Source: Octopus vulgaris
Lineage: Eukaryota
DNA: 64,000 nucleotides
Direction of reading: 5' to 3'
NCBI GenBank assembly: GCA_951406725.2
Contig: OX597835.1
Location: forward strand, 1,798,001 to 1,862,000
Under the pieces are notes generated by a model. The model saw nothing but the letters and a program-made list of their open reading frames with translations. It had not been told where the DNA came from and did not search any database. Below are positions 47,984 through 61,526 of the stretch, piece by piece (the stretch's first letter is position 1; every line of letters begins with the position of its first letter). The translations under genes and the position numbers were made by a program.

Positions 47984-48942
47984 ATATACATGTTGAATAT
48001 GTAGGGAAAAATACTCAATACATATTACCAAGTTTAATGATTCATTGTTACTATTGTTTCACTGCCTCTGCACAAGTGATGCAAAAGTGCAACGAAAAGT
48101 GCAAGTAAATCCTCAGCTCCAGATTATTATTATTATTGTTATTACTGCTGTTCTAATTTAGGCACAAAACCAGCAGTTCTGAGAAGAAAAGCAGTTGATA
48201 CCATCAGCTCTCTCCTCCAACTCCTGTACTTGACAAGTACTTCAATGACCAGGAAAGGGAGAAGGGGAAATTTGACTTTGGATTCAAATTCTTTATGTTC
48301 TAAGTTCAAATCCTACCACGGTCAACTTTACTTTTCATCCCTGCAGGGTCGATAAAATAAAGACCTAATTAAGCACTGGGTCCGCCAGTATCGACCAACA
48401 TCTTCTCAAAGTTGCTGGCCTTGTGTCTAAATTAGGAACTATATCACTACACATGCTACTATTACTTTATTACTGTTATTATTATTATTATTATTCAGCC
48501 GTCAAGTGATGCACGTAATTCAAGGGGTAAGAGTTTCATGCACTGTACTTGTCAAGTTTAGTATGTGCAACTCATTCTTAGCCACTGAGTCACATGTATA
48601 TTTGCAGCTGAATAACAGGTATATATGTATATATGTATATACATACACACACAAAAATTCTACATTTGTATATTGAGTGCTATTTCTGTTTGTCCATTAA
48701 ACTATACATTTGTATGTATATATGGATATACTAATATGCCTATACAAAAAGAAGCTTTGCAAAATAATACCAGTGTGTATGTATGTATATATATATAATA
48801 AAAGAAACATGACTCTCATCTTCAGTTAAAAATAATTCAAATTTTACAATTCATACAAAATTGCTTTTTTTTCCTCTTTTTTTATGACAAAATTACAGAA
48901 TAATTTCAGTGACATTTTGTTGTTTGCAGCTACTCAGATGAA

Positions 48943-48991
<49 letters not shown>

Positions 48992-50914
48992 ATTGATTCA
49001 GTAAGCATGTGTGAAGAAAAATGTAGAAAGAAAGACAGATTAAGTATCTCAGTTTGGAAAATTCCATTTGGTAATTCTCCAAAGATTAAATGATTTCTTG
49101 ATATAATTTAAGTGTAAGAGTTGTGGGTTTTCTTCAAAAGAAAACCAGTCGTACAAAACATACATTTGATTGGGAAGGCAATAAGTTTCAAATTAGATTA
49201 CAATTTGCAATCAATATACACACAGTATGAAAATAATATAAAAAAAAAAAACTAATAATAAATGAAATCCGATATTTCCAGCAGAGAAAAAGCAGGAATC
49301 CAGTTATTTTTCTAGTTGTGTTTTAGTTGTTTTGTTTTTATTATTATTATTATTCAATATTTTATTTTTTGCTTCAGTTTGAAATTCTTGTAGTTCAGCT
49401 TTTTTAATAGTTTCACCAACATTAATTATATTTGAATTTGATTTTTGTTTTTTGAGTTTTGTTTGTTTGTTTTCGCCTTCAGATTTCAAGACAGCATAAG
49501 TTAGGAATCACAGAAAAATAGGCCAAAGAAGAAAATTAGTGGCAGTGATTGTGGATTGGTGGAGAAACATTGTTTTTTTTTTATTGATAATAGTAACAGA
49601 ATTAAAAATCAAAATAAATAATAATTGGAGAGAACTGGCTTTAAATATTGGGGAAGTTATCCCTCTTATGAAAAGGATGATCAAAAGATTTACTCCACTG
49701 ATGGTGGGGGGGGGGGGAAAGAGGCTAAACAATATTAAATAAACCCTCAAGTAAATGTTTAATACCATGTTGCAGAATCATGTACAGATATATATGCATG
49801 CGCATGCATCTTAACGAAGTGCCTTTATTTGTCTTGGTCTTGTTTCAGTCTGCCAATAACTGACCCTTGATGGTGGAGAAGTAAAAGAACAGGAACATTT
49901 AAAATACATGTCTCCTAATTACTCAATGAGGGTAAACTAGCAATCTAAGAGAGGATGTTGAGATCATAAGATTTTGGAGAAAAAAAAACCATTCCCAGAA
50001 GAAAAATAGAGAAACAAAAGTAGTCAAATGTTGTAAATATGGGGGCAGGGGAATTTAAAAAAAAAAAAAACTACTTTTAGGAAACTTAACAAAAAAAATA
50101 AAGTTTCACAAGAAATAGTTTTATAATTTGTATCGAACAATGAAAATAGTGAACAAGAAACTTATTGAAAACAGTCAAAGAAATGTTTGGTAACCTTTGT
50201 TAGCCTTAAAGGTTTCCAAAGAAAAGAGTTAAGCAAAACATGATACACAAAATTAGAAGAGAAAAGAATATTCTAATTAACATCTGGAGAAACAAAATAT
50301 CTCTGTTGGAACTTTTGGAAAGTTGGACACATAGATGAGCATTAGACAGGTAGACAGGTAGGTAGGTGGGGCAAGCCAGAATCCTATTTATCAATGACAG
50401 AAGCATCATCATCCTCATTCATTCACCTTCCATATTGATAGGAGTCAGACAGTTTAACAGGATCCAAAGTCTGTTTGGAAAGGTTTTTGTAGCTGAGTGA
50501 CTTGCTTAATGCTAACCACAGAAGACAATATTGGTTTCTCATTTCAGCACAAGGACAGCAGTATCAAGGAAGGGGCCAAGTCGTTAACCACAGTGATCAA
50601 CTGGTGCTTGTCGACTCTGAAAGGATGAAAAGTCAAGTGAACCTCAGTGGAATTTCAATTCAGAATGTAAAGATGGACAGAAAAGCTGCTAAAAATTCTG
50701 CCAGCTTGCTCCCTTTTACAGACACCAATCTTGATAGGAGCTCTCAAAAGGAACTGTTATTATGAATCGCCCGTTTGATATATCAGCCTCAATCTCCCTC
50801 AACAAACTGTTCACTCTTTTACAACAAAAAGGAATGGTTTTCAAGAGTTTAATTTTGAAACCTTTTCATTACCATATTTCTAATGAATTACACTGCCTTC
50901 ATTTCAATTAGGTA

Positions 50915-51238
50915 AGCGGAAAGTGTAACCTCTCGAAAGAGCTGTTCTTCACTCCTGCTCCAGAGCGTTGGCTGCAGGGTCATTCCGAAAAGCTCTACCT
51001 GCGACAATTTCATCTCAATCGAAGGAGAGGAGCTTTCTCCGTCCGGGTTGCGGATCCGTGGAACAAGCTGCCAGACGAGATGGTGAAGATGCCGACGACC
51101 GCTTTGTTCAAAGCCTCCCTTGACCTCAAGTGGCCTGAAATCTTTACATGAACACTACCCTGTACTTAACTCCATGTCCCCCTACATGGCCTTGCTTTTT
51201 GCTTTTGAGCCAAAAAATTAACTAACTAACTAACTAAG
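50915..51238 (+). mobile_element. CR1-clade LINE 3' end with (CTAA)n tail
   Basis: LQGHSEKLYLRQFHLNRRRGAFSVRVADPWNKLPDEMV...FKASLD. Confidence 0.85.
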
Positions 51239-53305
51239 TAAATTAACCTTGTCATTATTAAACTGGTGTTTGCAAATGAACATGGAAGTTTAGATCCCTT
51301 TAAATACAAAGCTTGTATCAAAGAACTGTATTAGAGGTCTCAAGCAGGCTTAGCTCAAGCGGAGCTGACACTAACCCTGTGGTGGTGAGCCTGGGGTTAT
51401 TGTAATATGACAATAACATCACCACTGCTCTCGACGAAACTACATTGACCCAAAATGCTACATTATCAATACTAATAATTATACAAAAGACAAAGAATTC
51501 TAGCAACAAGTTGTCGAAACAGAGGGAGAATGACTCATAATTATGAGGCTAATGAGGTCATCTATAAAGTGAGAAACAAACAACCAAGAGGCCACAAAAT
51601 ACTTAATTACAAAATGAATTATCCAACTTAAACTAGAAAACAGGCCTAACTAGTGGGGGAAATAACTTATTGATGTAAGCAACAACAGCTCCATAAAATA
51701 GACAAATTGTTGGTTAGCTTGTAGTGCCAAGTTCAATTTGCTCTGTAGTCTGTTGAACTAATCCAGTATCTAGTTACCTGACAAGGTCCCTAAATCACGG
51801 ACCTTTTTTTAAATTTTCTTTTTAGAAGACAACATTATCCAATTTGCCCTTTATTTAAAACAATGTGATATTTTAAGGAGAGCTGAGTACTATTTCTAGC
51901 AGGTCGAGCACTGATGTTGAGGCTCAATAGGAGCTTCGTTTGATAGTTGGTCTATGTGTAAACAACCCATACACCACGCTCATCCAGCACAAGCAAGTGG
52001 ACAGCTAATGAAGATTGCCTGCCCACACTATACATACAGACATTATATATATATATACACACACACACACACAAAGCTAAATATAAACACAATCTTCTTA
52101 TAAAATGTATATTTACAGGAATATATATCAACACAGGTAAACAAAACTCAAAATGTTGCCAACACAAACTAAAATAATAAAATATATAAAATTAAATTGA
52201 AATAATTCTGTAAGTAATAGAATTGTCAATCAACAGGAACATGGTTTGAATCTCTCTGAGTTCCTTTAAAAAAATTGTGACCGATGCCACGTTTTATATA
52301 CCTCACCCTCCAATTTATTACACAGAGAATACCTTGGTCTGCTTAAAACATTGTACAAGTCCCCTGCCTAGAGTGCTAATGATCTCTTACAATTAGACAA
52401 GGACAAATTGTAAAAAAAGGGGAGAGGATATGGTATATTGAACTGAATCCCTCAGTATATAACTGGTACTAGTTTCACTGACAGCTTTTCTGGGAAGAAT
52501 AAAAGATGAGATGGATCAAACTGGATCCCCTTAGACCATTGACCCACCCAGTCCACTGTTCCATTAGTCTGTCTGTCAAAGCACAATATAATCTCTTATA
52601 TAGGTTACAAGGCTTCTGGTAAAATAAAAGGGACAAAGAGAAATAAGACTGTGTGATGTTCATGCCTTTCTTCAAGTGAAGGCTATGCAATTTTACCTGA
52701 CCTTTTCGTCCCTTCCAAATCAAAGGAAAAACATTGTATTGGTTTGTTGGTCGATTGTTATATCCTGTCGGAACGAGTAACAACAGAATTGTCAACACCA
52801 CACTACAAAAAGGAATGTTGAAATACCACCAAATAATAATAATAATAATAATGCCATTCCAGAATCACCACCACCATCATCATCATAATAATAATGACTC
52901 AAAGTGCACTGGTTTTATTCCAGTTGCTATTTTATAAACTTGAGTTTTGTTTGACCCAGACGGAACTGAAAACAAATACAGAAGGGGGGGGGAGACATAC
53001 CAATTAAAATAGAAGTAACCATGAAATAAGAATCACTAAAACTCCATCATCATCATCGTACCATTACAAGTAATTGCTGAAATAGTTGTTAGAACAGCTT
53101 TGTCTAAAATGCCAGTTCCATTTATTTATAAAGAATCCATGCAATAGAAAAGGGGGGGGGGCGTTTTAGGAAAATAAGGAATTTTTTTTTTAATGCATCT
53201 TTTTAATAAATAAATGTTAATAACAAAAAAGGAAGGGGTATATAAGTAGACTGGAACACTGCATATACACAGATATATATATACAAATGCATAGAACCAT
53301 ATATT

Positions 53306-53512
53306 GGTACTACTTCAGAAGAGTGGTCCCGGTGCGCGATAGCTAGTCGTGACTAGTCGATCCTACGACTTCCTAGCAAAGTAAATAAAACACAAAATAT
53401 TTTTTTTACACAGAGTAAATAAAATACAAAAACACAAAGGATCGACTAGTCACGACCAGCTAGTGCGGATGCGCGACTACGCGCAACGGGACCACTCTTC
53501 TGAAGTAGTACC
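53306..53512. mobile_element. MITE with long TIRs (possibly ISL2EU/Harbinger-like)
   Basis: GGTACTACTTCAGAAGAGTGGTCCCG ... CGGGACCACTCTTCTGAAGTAGTACC (26-bp perfect TIR), plus inner IR gtcgtgactagtcgatcct/aggatcgactagtcacgac. Confidence 0.8.
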
Positions 53513-55241
53513 CATACATATATATACATGCATACACATACATATTTATACATACATACACACACACACACATGTACACAATGATGACTACAATTGCGGC
53601 CACGGAAATATGAAGCACTGAAGAGGGGGGGGAGGTTGAAATAGAGAAAACTGACTAAAGCCAAACCCGTCCATATTTCGTCACCACCATCGATGTGGTG
53701 GTCGTATTAAGGTGAGACGAAACAACGGATTGTCTGTCAGCCGTTCTTCTCCTTTGAAAGGAAAAGCAGTTCGGTGAAGTGGAGAAGGGTTGTTTGTAAA
53801 TGAATCACAGGAAGAAGAGAGCAAAATATCATCTAAACACAGGTGAAGAGGAATTTTCTTGAAATAATAAAAAGGGGGGGGGGAAGACGGTGGTGGTGGT
53901 GGTCATGGTGGAGGCATTCATTCAAGATTATCATCAAATTTTTAAATGGAAAGAAAAAAAAACTATAACAAAAAGATTAGGTATGAAACTGAATAAATAA
54001 ATATCAAAAAAACTATTCGTAATTCCTCATGAATAAAAGAAAAGTCAAAATAAACCACAGACAGTTTTTTCTTCTTCTTCTTCTTCTTGTTATTGCCAAA
54101 TTCCTTGCAAGACATTTGTGCCAGGCTGACCAGAGATCGCTTTACACTTTGGTCGTTCACTTGTTTTGGTCCCAACGTTCTTCCATAGACTTTTCACATT
54201 ATTTACTATTATTATTATTGCTAAGTAAATAAACTTCTTTTTTTTTCTTTTTTAATTATTCTCATTAAGAAAAGAGATTTATAACAATATTAACTATTAT
54301 CATCATCATCGTCATTATTATTATTAATTTCTCTTTCGTATAATTATGGATGGGGCTTTTTTTAAAAAAATAAAAATGTCATTTTTCAATCCTTTTTCAA
54401 TTCCACGTTTCTCTGAGAAAGAAACACGGTTAAAGAAATCCAATTCTTTGCGTCTTTCAATTTCCTCGTTTCCTTTTGCTTCGTTTTTCATTTCTAATTA
54501 CAACAGAATGTGGCATTTGAGAGAAATAAATACATTTTTAAAAACATCCTTCGTCTTCCAAAAAGTGCAAATGGACGAACTTTTTGAGTCAGAGTCTCTG
54601 CTGCTGTCTTTTTATGTCTTTCGTGTCTTCTAATATCTTTAAACCCCGACCATAACAAACGTGCGCTCGGGGGGATATTGGTTGATTGGGGTTTCATTAA
54701 TCTTGCCTTGCTTGCCACACGAAAAACGTCTCAGAAACACAGATTTCTCAGTTTTGTTTTACGTTGTGAGTGTAAAATGTCTGATGGAGGGCGAGCACTC
54801 ACGCATTCCAGATATCACGCACACACACACATCTATATATATATATATGTCTGTGTGTGTGTATACAAATATTAATGTGTAATATATATATTATATATAC
54901 ACACACACATATATATATTATATATATACATACATACATAAACACACACTAATATGTGTATACAGATAGGTAGGAAGCGTCAGCTATGTAATGATAGAAG
55001 AACTAAGAGGTTGCGACATTCATGCCTTCTTACATGAGCATTTAGTGACGAAGTAAAAAACAGTTTCCAGCATAAAAGTGTGTGTGTGATATATATACAT
55101 ATATATATATATACATATACATATATATATATATATATAGTATGTAGGATAGAGTAGCGGAAGGTGTTGAATAGCCAGCTTATATATTCCCGTTCAATTT
55201 GCGAGAGACGGAACCCATTCCAACGGCGACCATCACCAACC

Positions 55242-55610
55242 TTAGCAGCTGTCGTTGTTGCTGATATATTCCTCGAATCCTTCGCTCTCCGTCACCAAAG
55301 CTCGCTCCAGGATCACACGACCCTCCTTGTACCTCTGGCTTTCCTCGGTGGCGAACTCGTACACCCACCCGAGCTTCGACTCGCAGTTCTTGCAGGACAC
55401 ATCGCGCACCATATGGCGTCCGGTCAACATCACTCTGTCCTGCACCTCGCTGTAGTTGAGGTTCACCACCCGGTTGAAGAGAAAAGCCCTGCCCGTCGCT
55501 CCTGTGAAACGGGTAGATATTAACTCGGAACGGTTGGTCAGCGGTGTGTCGCAGCTGGCACAGGAGAAGAGCCTGGTGCCTCCAATGTGACGCAGAAACA
55601 CGCGACCCAT
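55242..55610 (-). CDS. YPEL5: Protein yippee-like 5 (CTLH/GID complex-associated Zn-binding protein), 122 aa, intronless CDS
   Basis: [105 protein letters not shown] is nearly identical to the YPEL5 sequence as I recall it; two CxxC pairs. Confidence 0.97.
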   Translation of the reverse strand: MGRVFLRHIGGTRLFSCASCDTPLTNRSELISTRFTGATGRAFLFNRVVNLNYSEVQDRVMLTGRHMVRDVSCKNCESKLGWVYEFATEESQRYKEGRVILERALVTESEGFEEYISNNDSC

Positions 55611-56631
55611 TGCCGTGGATAGAAATAGGCGAAGCGAGAGGAGAAAAAACAAGACCGAGGAGGTCAAAATACGAGACAGAAAAACAGGGAGTTAGGAGAG
55701 GTAGGTGTGTGTGTGTGTGTGTATAATCAGAAATGCAGAGAGGTGTATGAATATATATATATGTATGTATGTCTGTATGTATAGACAAAAAAATATACTG
55801 GACAGAATGGGAGGAACAAGGAGATGTGTGTATATATGTATGTATATTGTGAAAAGAGAGGAATCAGAGAAGCAAGGATGGGTTGGGTGTGTGCGAATCT
55901 GTGGTTAAAAGATTGCTGGGTAAATAGAGAGGAAAATAGATGGAACTGAGTAAGGATGGGGTGGGGCGAAAGATGCAAGCGAAATCGATGAGCAGAAGAG
56001 ATAAATATGTAGAAAGAAAAACAATGGTCGGAGCCTCGTCCACTTCTTTTCCTTGTTTCGCCTTATTTCGCCTTATTCTTGTCTCTTGGTGTTGAGCAGT
56101 GTCTGCATTTTCCTGGTTATTTTTATTCCTGGTTCGTCTGTCGAGAAAAGATGTTGTCCGATATGAGATGTGAACAATGGTAAACGATGGAGACCAGCCC
56201 TGGATCCGCCTCCTGGCTTTGGTCGGAGCATTCAATCGTCGACGGAAAGGAAAGGTTTTCTTCTCTGCGAATCCGAGAAGCGACTTCGTTGCCTTTTCAG
56301 GGAAAACCAAAACATTTGTGACGTAAACAAGGCAGCGAAAACGAGGCTCGGTCAACAGCAAATGTTATGGAAGACCATACACGACGATCACATCGCAGTC
56401 GATTTACCAGTTGAACAAGTGAGAGCGAACACAATTGACCATAACCCTCCGCCAAACATTTCAGGCCTTCTTCATATAATAGAAACAATTATTGTTATTG
56501 TTTCCGGGATATTTTCTTAAATATTTCGTTTAGATCTAATACCGCCTGAAGGGTGCATGATATTGTTTTTTTTAAATATAAAATACTTAATCGGCGTGTG
56601 TATGTGCGCGCGCGCGTGTGTATACACACCT

Positions 56632-56703
<72 letters not shown>

Positions 56704-56996
56704 AGAGTGAGTGAGAAGGAAATAAGTTCAGTATAGATAACAGAATAGTGCTCAAATGGCTATAAACTTAAATTTGAACTTCCTCTTTTAAGGCCGGCCA
56801 CACAGCAGAGAAAATGAGCTTAAGAGCAATCGTAATCTAGCTATTGGACGTGGCAAGGTTGATATACATCATTAGGTTTAAGGCATATATTTACGTGAAG
56901 CACAAAATACAGAAAAAATTTATGAAAAATATTTTGTAATGACTTACCTCAACAGCTGTTCCAAGAGGCCAAACTTATGTAATAACTGTATTCATA

Positions 56997-57520
56997 AGTC
57001 TTCTTCTTCTTCTTTAATCCCTAGCTGGCGACTGGAGGGGCAGGCTGTCCTCTCCACCAAACCCTGTTGTAGGTGCCGCTGGATGGTGGACTCTGATGAT
57101 GATACTATTCCATGCTTTTTGATCCATGGCACTGGCCTTAGCATGCTCGAGGTCGAGGCGTTGCAACTTCAGGTATTTTTCAATTTGTTTCACTCATGTC
57201 TTCTTTGGTTCGGTGCGCTGGATTCTCTAGTACGAGGGTCGCTGCCGCCACAAAAGTTGGTGTGGTAGTCTTCTGGTGCTCATCTTGCAGACATGGTCAA
57301 ACCACTTTAGCCTGCAGTGCCAAACTTTGTCTTTAGTGGTCAGCTGCTGCTGCTAGCATTCTTCTCGGATGTTTAAGATTCGGTCGCGTAGAGACACACA
57401 AAGGATTTGACATGGACACCGCATTTGGAACATCTCCAGCTTATTCAGGTCTAGTTTGAGGATGGTTCAGGTCTCAGTGGTAGAGAGGAAGACAAGCAGA
57501 ACCAGCGTCCGGAAAAGACG
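56997..57520 (-). mobile_element. RTE (BovB-like) LINE 3' fragment with (AAG)n tail
   Basis: RLFRTLVL..LEMFQMRC..IL.VS.RDRI; RLKWFDHVCKM..RLPHQLL. Confidence 0.8.
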
Positions 57521-57662
57521 GTGAGATGTGAATGATGTCACAGGTGTGTAACCAGTGAAATTATTTAAGTAATCATTACCTATTTTTCTTTATTTTATTA
57601 TCTGTATTTTCTTTTTCATGTATATGTCTTAAGCCTGTGTTTATCTACCTTACCCTCTCTCA

Positions 57663-57709
<47 letters not shown>

Positions 57710-57901
57710 ACAATTGCAGCATGGAAGGTGTTTATAAGCCATTTAAGAAACACACAAAAACCATTAGATTCACTTCAACATTTAAATTTAATTTGCCAAA
57801 ATATTTTCGGCACTTTGAGACCACAACCGGTTTACTGACAAAATTCCGTGCTGCTGTATGTTTCTTAAATGGCTTATAAACACCTTCTACACTGCAATTG
57901 T
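57710..57901. repeat. Fold-back repeat in (TA)n, probably a Penelope-like pLTR remnant
   Basis: ~45-bp inverted arms caattgcag..gaaggtgtttataagccatttaagaaaca / tgtttcttaaatggcttataaacaccttc..ctgcaattg. Confidence 0.7.
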
Positions 57902-58149
57902 CTTCGTTCCAGCACACAATCTCAGATCAGGTCACTTGCTATGCAAGTACATCTCCGTAATATATATATATATATATAATATATAACAAAGTTATTTTAT
58001 TCTACACAAGTAGAAATATAGGAAAATATATATATTATCTTTTATTCGTTTCAGTCATTAGACTGTATCTATGCTGGAACATTGCTTTGAAGAATGTTAA
58101 TCGAATGAATTGACCCTTGCACTTAAATTCTATTTTTAAGCCTGTTGCT

Positions 58150-59059
58150 TGTAACCAATATATTATATAAGATCCGATTTAGCAACATTTGGTTGAGAAG
58201 GCATGTAGGGATCTCTTAAAAGACAAATTAATTGGTTATAGAGATGGCCATTTATTTATATATGTGGTGTTGGCGGTGTTATGGGCTGTGATGAGCTATG
58301 TGGTGTTGGTGGAGAGGATGACAGATGAGGTGGGCAGAAGTAAGGCTTGCAGGGGCCGGCGGAAGAGTGAAAGGGGCATGTGTGGGCAGGAAGCATGTGT
58401 GGTCAGTTCCAGCAAAGAGTGCAGAGCGACAAGACGTGTTGAATTTGTGAGAGTGACCGCTGATTTTGCCGAGGTAAGGCCTTTTGTATTTCTTTCTCCC
58501 ATTGCTTCTTTTTCTGTTGTCCTCTTCATCCATCACACTACAACAGAATTATTATACAAATCGTTACAATAGAGAAAAACAACGTCTCCCATAGTTTGTG
58601 TGTACACAGCTTGTTTGTTGTTACTGTAAACAAATTGGCTCTAGTTCTATAGTCCATTGTGTGTGGTAAACTATGTATATTAAACTGTAAACTGTGAATT
58701 ACTACTGAAGAGAGGCAGGGTAATAGATGTTTTGTCAAGAAGAAAATATAAGCAGTGTATTGTCCTACGAAAAGAGGGGAAGAAAGAGAGATGCTTTCTG
58801 ATCAGAAGCTGGAAGCAAAGAGAAGGAACTTATTTGCTGTATTATTCTTGTATTATTCGTAACTAAATTAGGTCAAGAAAATAAAGGATTTTCCCTCTCA
58901 AATCAGCTTTGACCCATGAATGACTCGAAAAGGTCAGAGGTCAGTCTACTCTCTTAAATTTCCTAGTGCAGCAAGAAAAAACACTAGGCCAATGATCTGT
59001 GTGAAAATGTGGATTCAGTTTCGAATCCTGGCTCAGAAATTTGGTAGCTGTTCGCTACA
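58150..59059 (+). mobile_element. Probable solo LTR (~910 bp) inserted in a SINE
   Basis: TGTA...TACA termini, 4-bp TSD tgct/tgtt; the flanking SINE sequence is continuous across the insertion. Confidence 0.65.
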
Positions 59060-59839
59060 TGTTTATCCTATTGGTATCTTTTGCCGGGAGTGTAGTCATT
59101 TGACTGCGGCCATGCTGGGGCAATGCCTTTAGTCAAGCAAATCGACCCCAGGACATTTTCTTTGTAAGCCTAGTACTTGTTCTATCAGTCTCTTTTGCCG
59201 AACTGCTAGATTACAGGGACGTAAACACAACAGATACAGACACGCAAACACACACACACATATATATATATACACATATATATGTATACATACATATATA
59301 CACACACACACATATACATGTGTGTAAATGTGTACACATACATATATGTATATATACACGTATGAGTGTGATATAATATATATACATATATATATGTATG
59401 TATGTGTGCATGAGTGTGTATAATATATATATAAATACATGTATATGTATATATGTACACACACACACACATATATATATATATATCATTTACTTTTCCT
59501 GCAATGTAAAATCAACAAAAAAAAGTGCTCCATCAAGTGAGAGATGAATATTGTTTAAGGGACACAGTATATAGTTCTGAGTGACTAATACTTTCATACA
59601 CTGAAGACATTATCTAAGCAGGTTTTAAAGCACACCTCATGTCTGCAAGTAACCCCAAACCTTGACTTTATACAAGTCACAAATTAGGACAATGGAACAA
59701 GAGAAATCATGAAAAAATAAAAAGGGAGAGTGGGGTGGTTGCAAAAAAGGGAAAAAGAAGAATGGGTATCAAAGTTATGTTCCCTAAGACCGTATTGTCA
59801 TAGGACTAAACGATGTAGAATCAACAGAAGGGTTTGAAG

Positions 59840-60360
59840 TTTGCGATACCGCTGCTAAATCCGAAGAGGATGGTGTTCTCCAATTCATCAAGAGAAACTT
59901 GCCTACATGTTTGCATTTGCAGAAAATTTCTGATCTGGAATTCAGCAGTGCGGCAGAATTCTTAGATCTAAAAAGGATAAAACGATCTTTCAGTGATGCA
60001 TAACTTGCATTTCTTTGATCCATTAACTTATGGTATGGATTTTTCAAAGATTTTCCTGTGATTGTATGTGATGTGGAGTTGGTCTTCAAACTTCATACGT
60101 GGTTAGCCAGCTTAGTGGCTTTACTTTTGTCCATATGCTGGAAAGAAGATAGGTGGTTAACATAACAACTTTTGAAATCGCCTTCGCATAATCCGATGTG
60201 TTTCTTCTTTTTGGTTAGGTTATTATGTAGCATTGCTGTAATTTCTGCCTCGTGTATAACAGAGTTTATCATGCACCCCTGGTCGAATGGACAAGCTCCA
60301 GTGTTTTGATAGTTACAACTGGGAGTGGGCTCTTGGTAGTATTTATGGTAAATGATGTTC
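59840..60360 (-). mobile_element. Penelope-like element (Neptune-type) GIY-YIG endonuclease fragment
   Basis: CN...CPFDQGC.INSVI.EA.I...HIGLCEGDFKS.YVNHLSSF.H..K.ATKLANHV...LLNSRSEIFCKCKH..KFLL. Confidence 0.85.
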
Positions 60361-60386
60361 TTCATATTAGATAATGACTCAATAAC

Positions 60387-60580
60387 CACAGCTACAATGA
60401 CAGAGAACAGAGAACGGAATTTTGTGATTGGTTCCTTTCTGAAATCCAACAATTTATTAAAAAACATTATGTTCTCAGATGAAGTCATCTTCCATCTTTC
60501 GGGATTGGCGAATAGGCATAATGCCCGGTATTGCTTAGATGCCAATTCACATTGGATAGTTGACAGCAATTCTCAGTACG
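60387..60580 (+). mobile_element. Tc1/mariner-superfamily transposase fragment
   Basis: LLKNIMFSDEVIFHLSGLANRHNARY...NSHW, the first-Asp motif 'FSDE.FHL.G.VNRHN.RYW'. Confidence 0.75.
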
Positions 60581-61346
60581 ACCTTCGACCTATTTTAAAT
60601 GTTAATTTCACCATATTGTCAATGTAATGTTCAATATTCTTTGTGTAGGTAACTAACCAGTATTTTCATAGGATTTTGCTATCCCTTAATGAGGTTTCTA
60701 ACCTTTAACTGCGTTTGTGTATACGCACGCACGCACACACGAATGTATGTATGTAATGTGTGTGCGTGCGCGTATTTGAATGAAATATATTGAAATAGAA
60801 ATGAAGGCTGCAGTGGATAATTGAATAATACACTTGTTTATAATAATACACCTGACAAAATAGACTAAAATCTCTAATGGGAAGCTAGCAGCTTGCCCAG
60901 TCAGTCTGGCATTCATTGCCGACTTCCCCAGCACTCATTATGAAAGAAAGTAGGAAACGCATAAAACTAGATATTGTTCAGTATGTTAAGAGAAAAAATA
61001 TGCTTTAAAAGGTAATCGTGGTTTCTTGAATTAAAATATGTTTGATAAACTAACAAGAATTCCTAAGATGTATTCCTACTAATAAAAATATTTTTTCAAG
61101 GGAATTAACTCATGTAAAAATTTTCAGAGTTACTTCTCTTAGATTGGAACTTTTGCCTTGTATTGAAACCGAAACGAATATGTTTTGATGAAGTTATATC
61201 AATAAAGATTATTTGAAACACCACACTACTTTAGAGTACAGACACACATTCACGCTCCCGCATACATTCAGATGAATATGGTACTTAGATTGAGGCACCA
61301 GAATTTAGTACGGTATTATCCATACAATTTCAAAACAAGGTGATTA

Positions 61347-61488
61347 TGGAATAAACTGCCTGCGTCAGTTGTTGACTGCCATGACACTGCATCCTTTAAG
61401 GCCCTCATGCTTTCCGAAATCCGCCGAAACTACACCTGATTATATATGCACTTTAGATGAGTTGTAGTGCACCTGAGCACTGTACACA

Positions 61489-61525
<37 letters not shown>
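61347..61525 (+). mobile_element. CR1 LINE extreme 3' end with (ATT)n tail
   Basis: Near-identical to the reverse complement of 435-600. Confidence 0.88.

Positions 61526-61526
<1 letters not shown>

Noticed and set aside
55611-55667. 19-aa N-terminal extension of YPEL5 in the ORF track
   Set aside because: It starts at TTG; the conserved protein begins at the ATG at 55610 (MGRVFL).
55164-55788. Overlapping alternative-frame and antisense ORFs (202 aa, 119 aa) on YPEL5
   Set aside because: Expected shadows of a GC-rich CDS; the 202-aa ORF starts in microsatellite and has no recognisable domain.
60093-60569. 158-aa minus ORF as a novel gene
   Set aside because: Chance fusion of an antisense Tc1 fragment with a Penelope GIY-YIG fragment.
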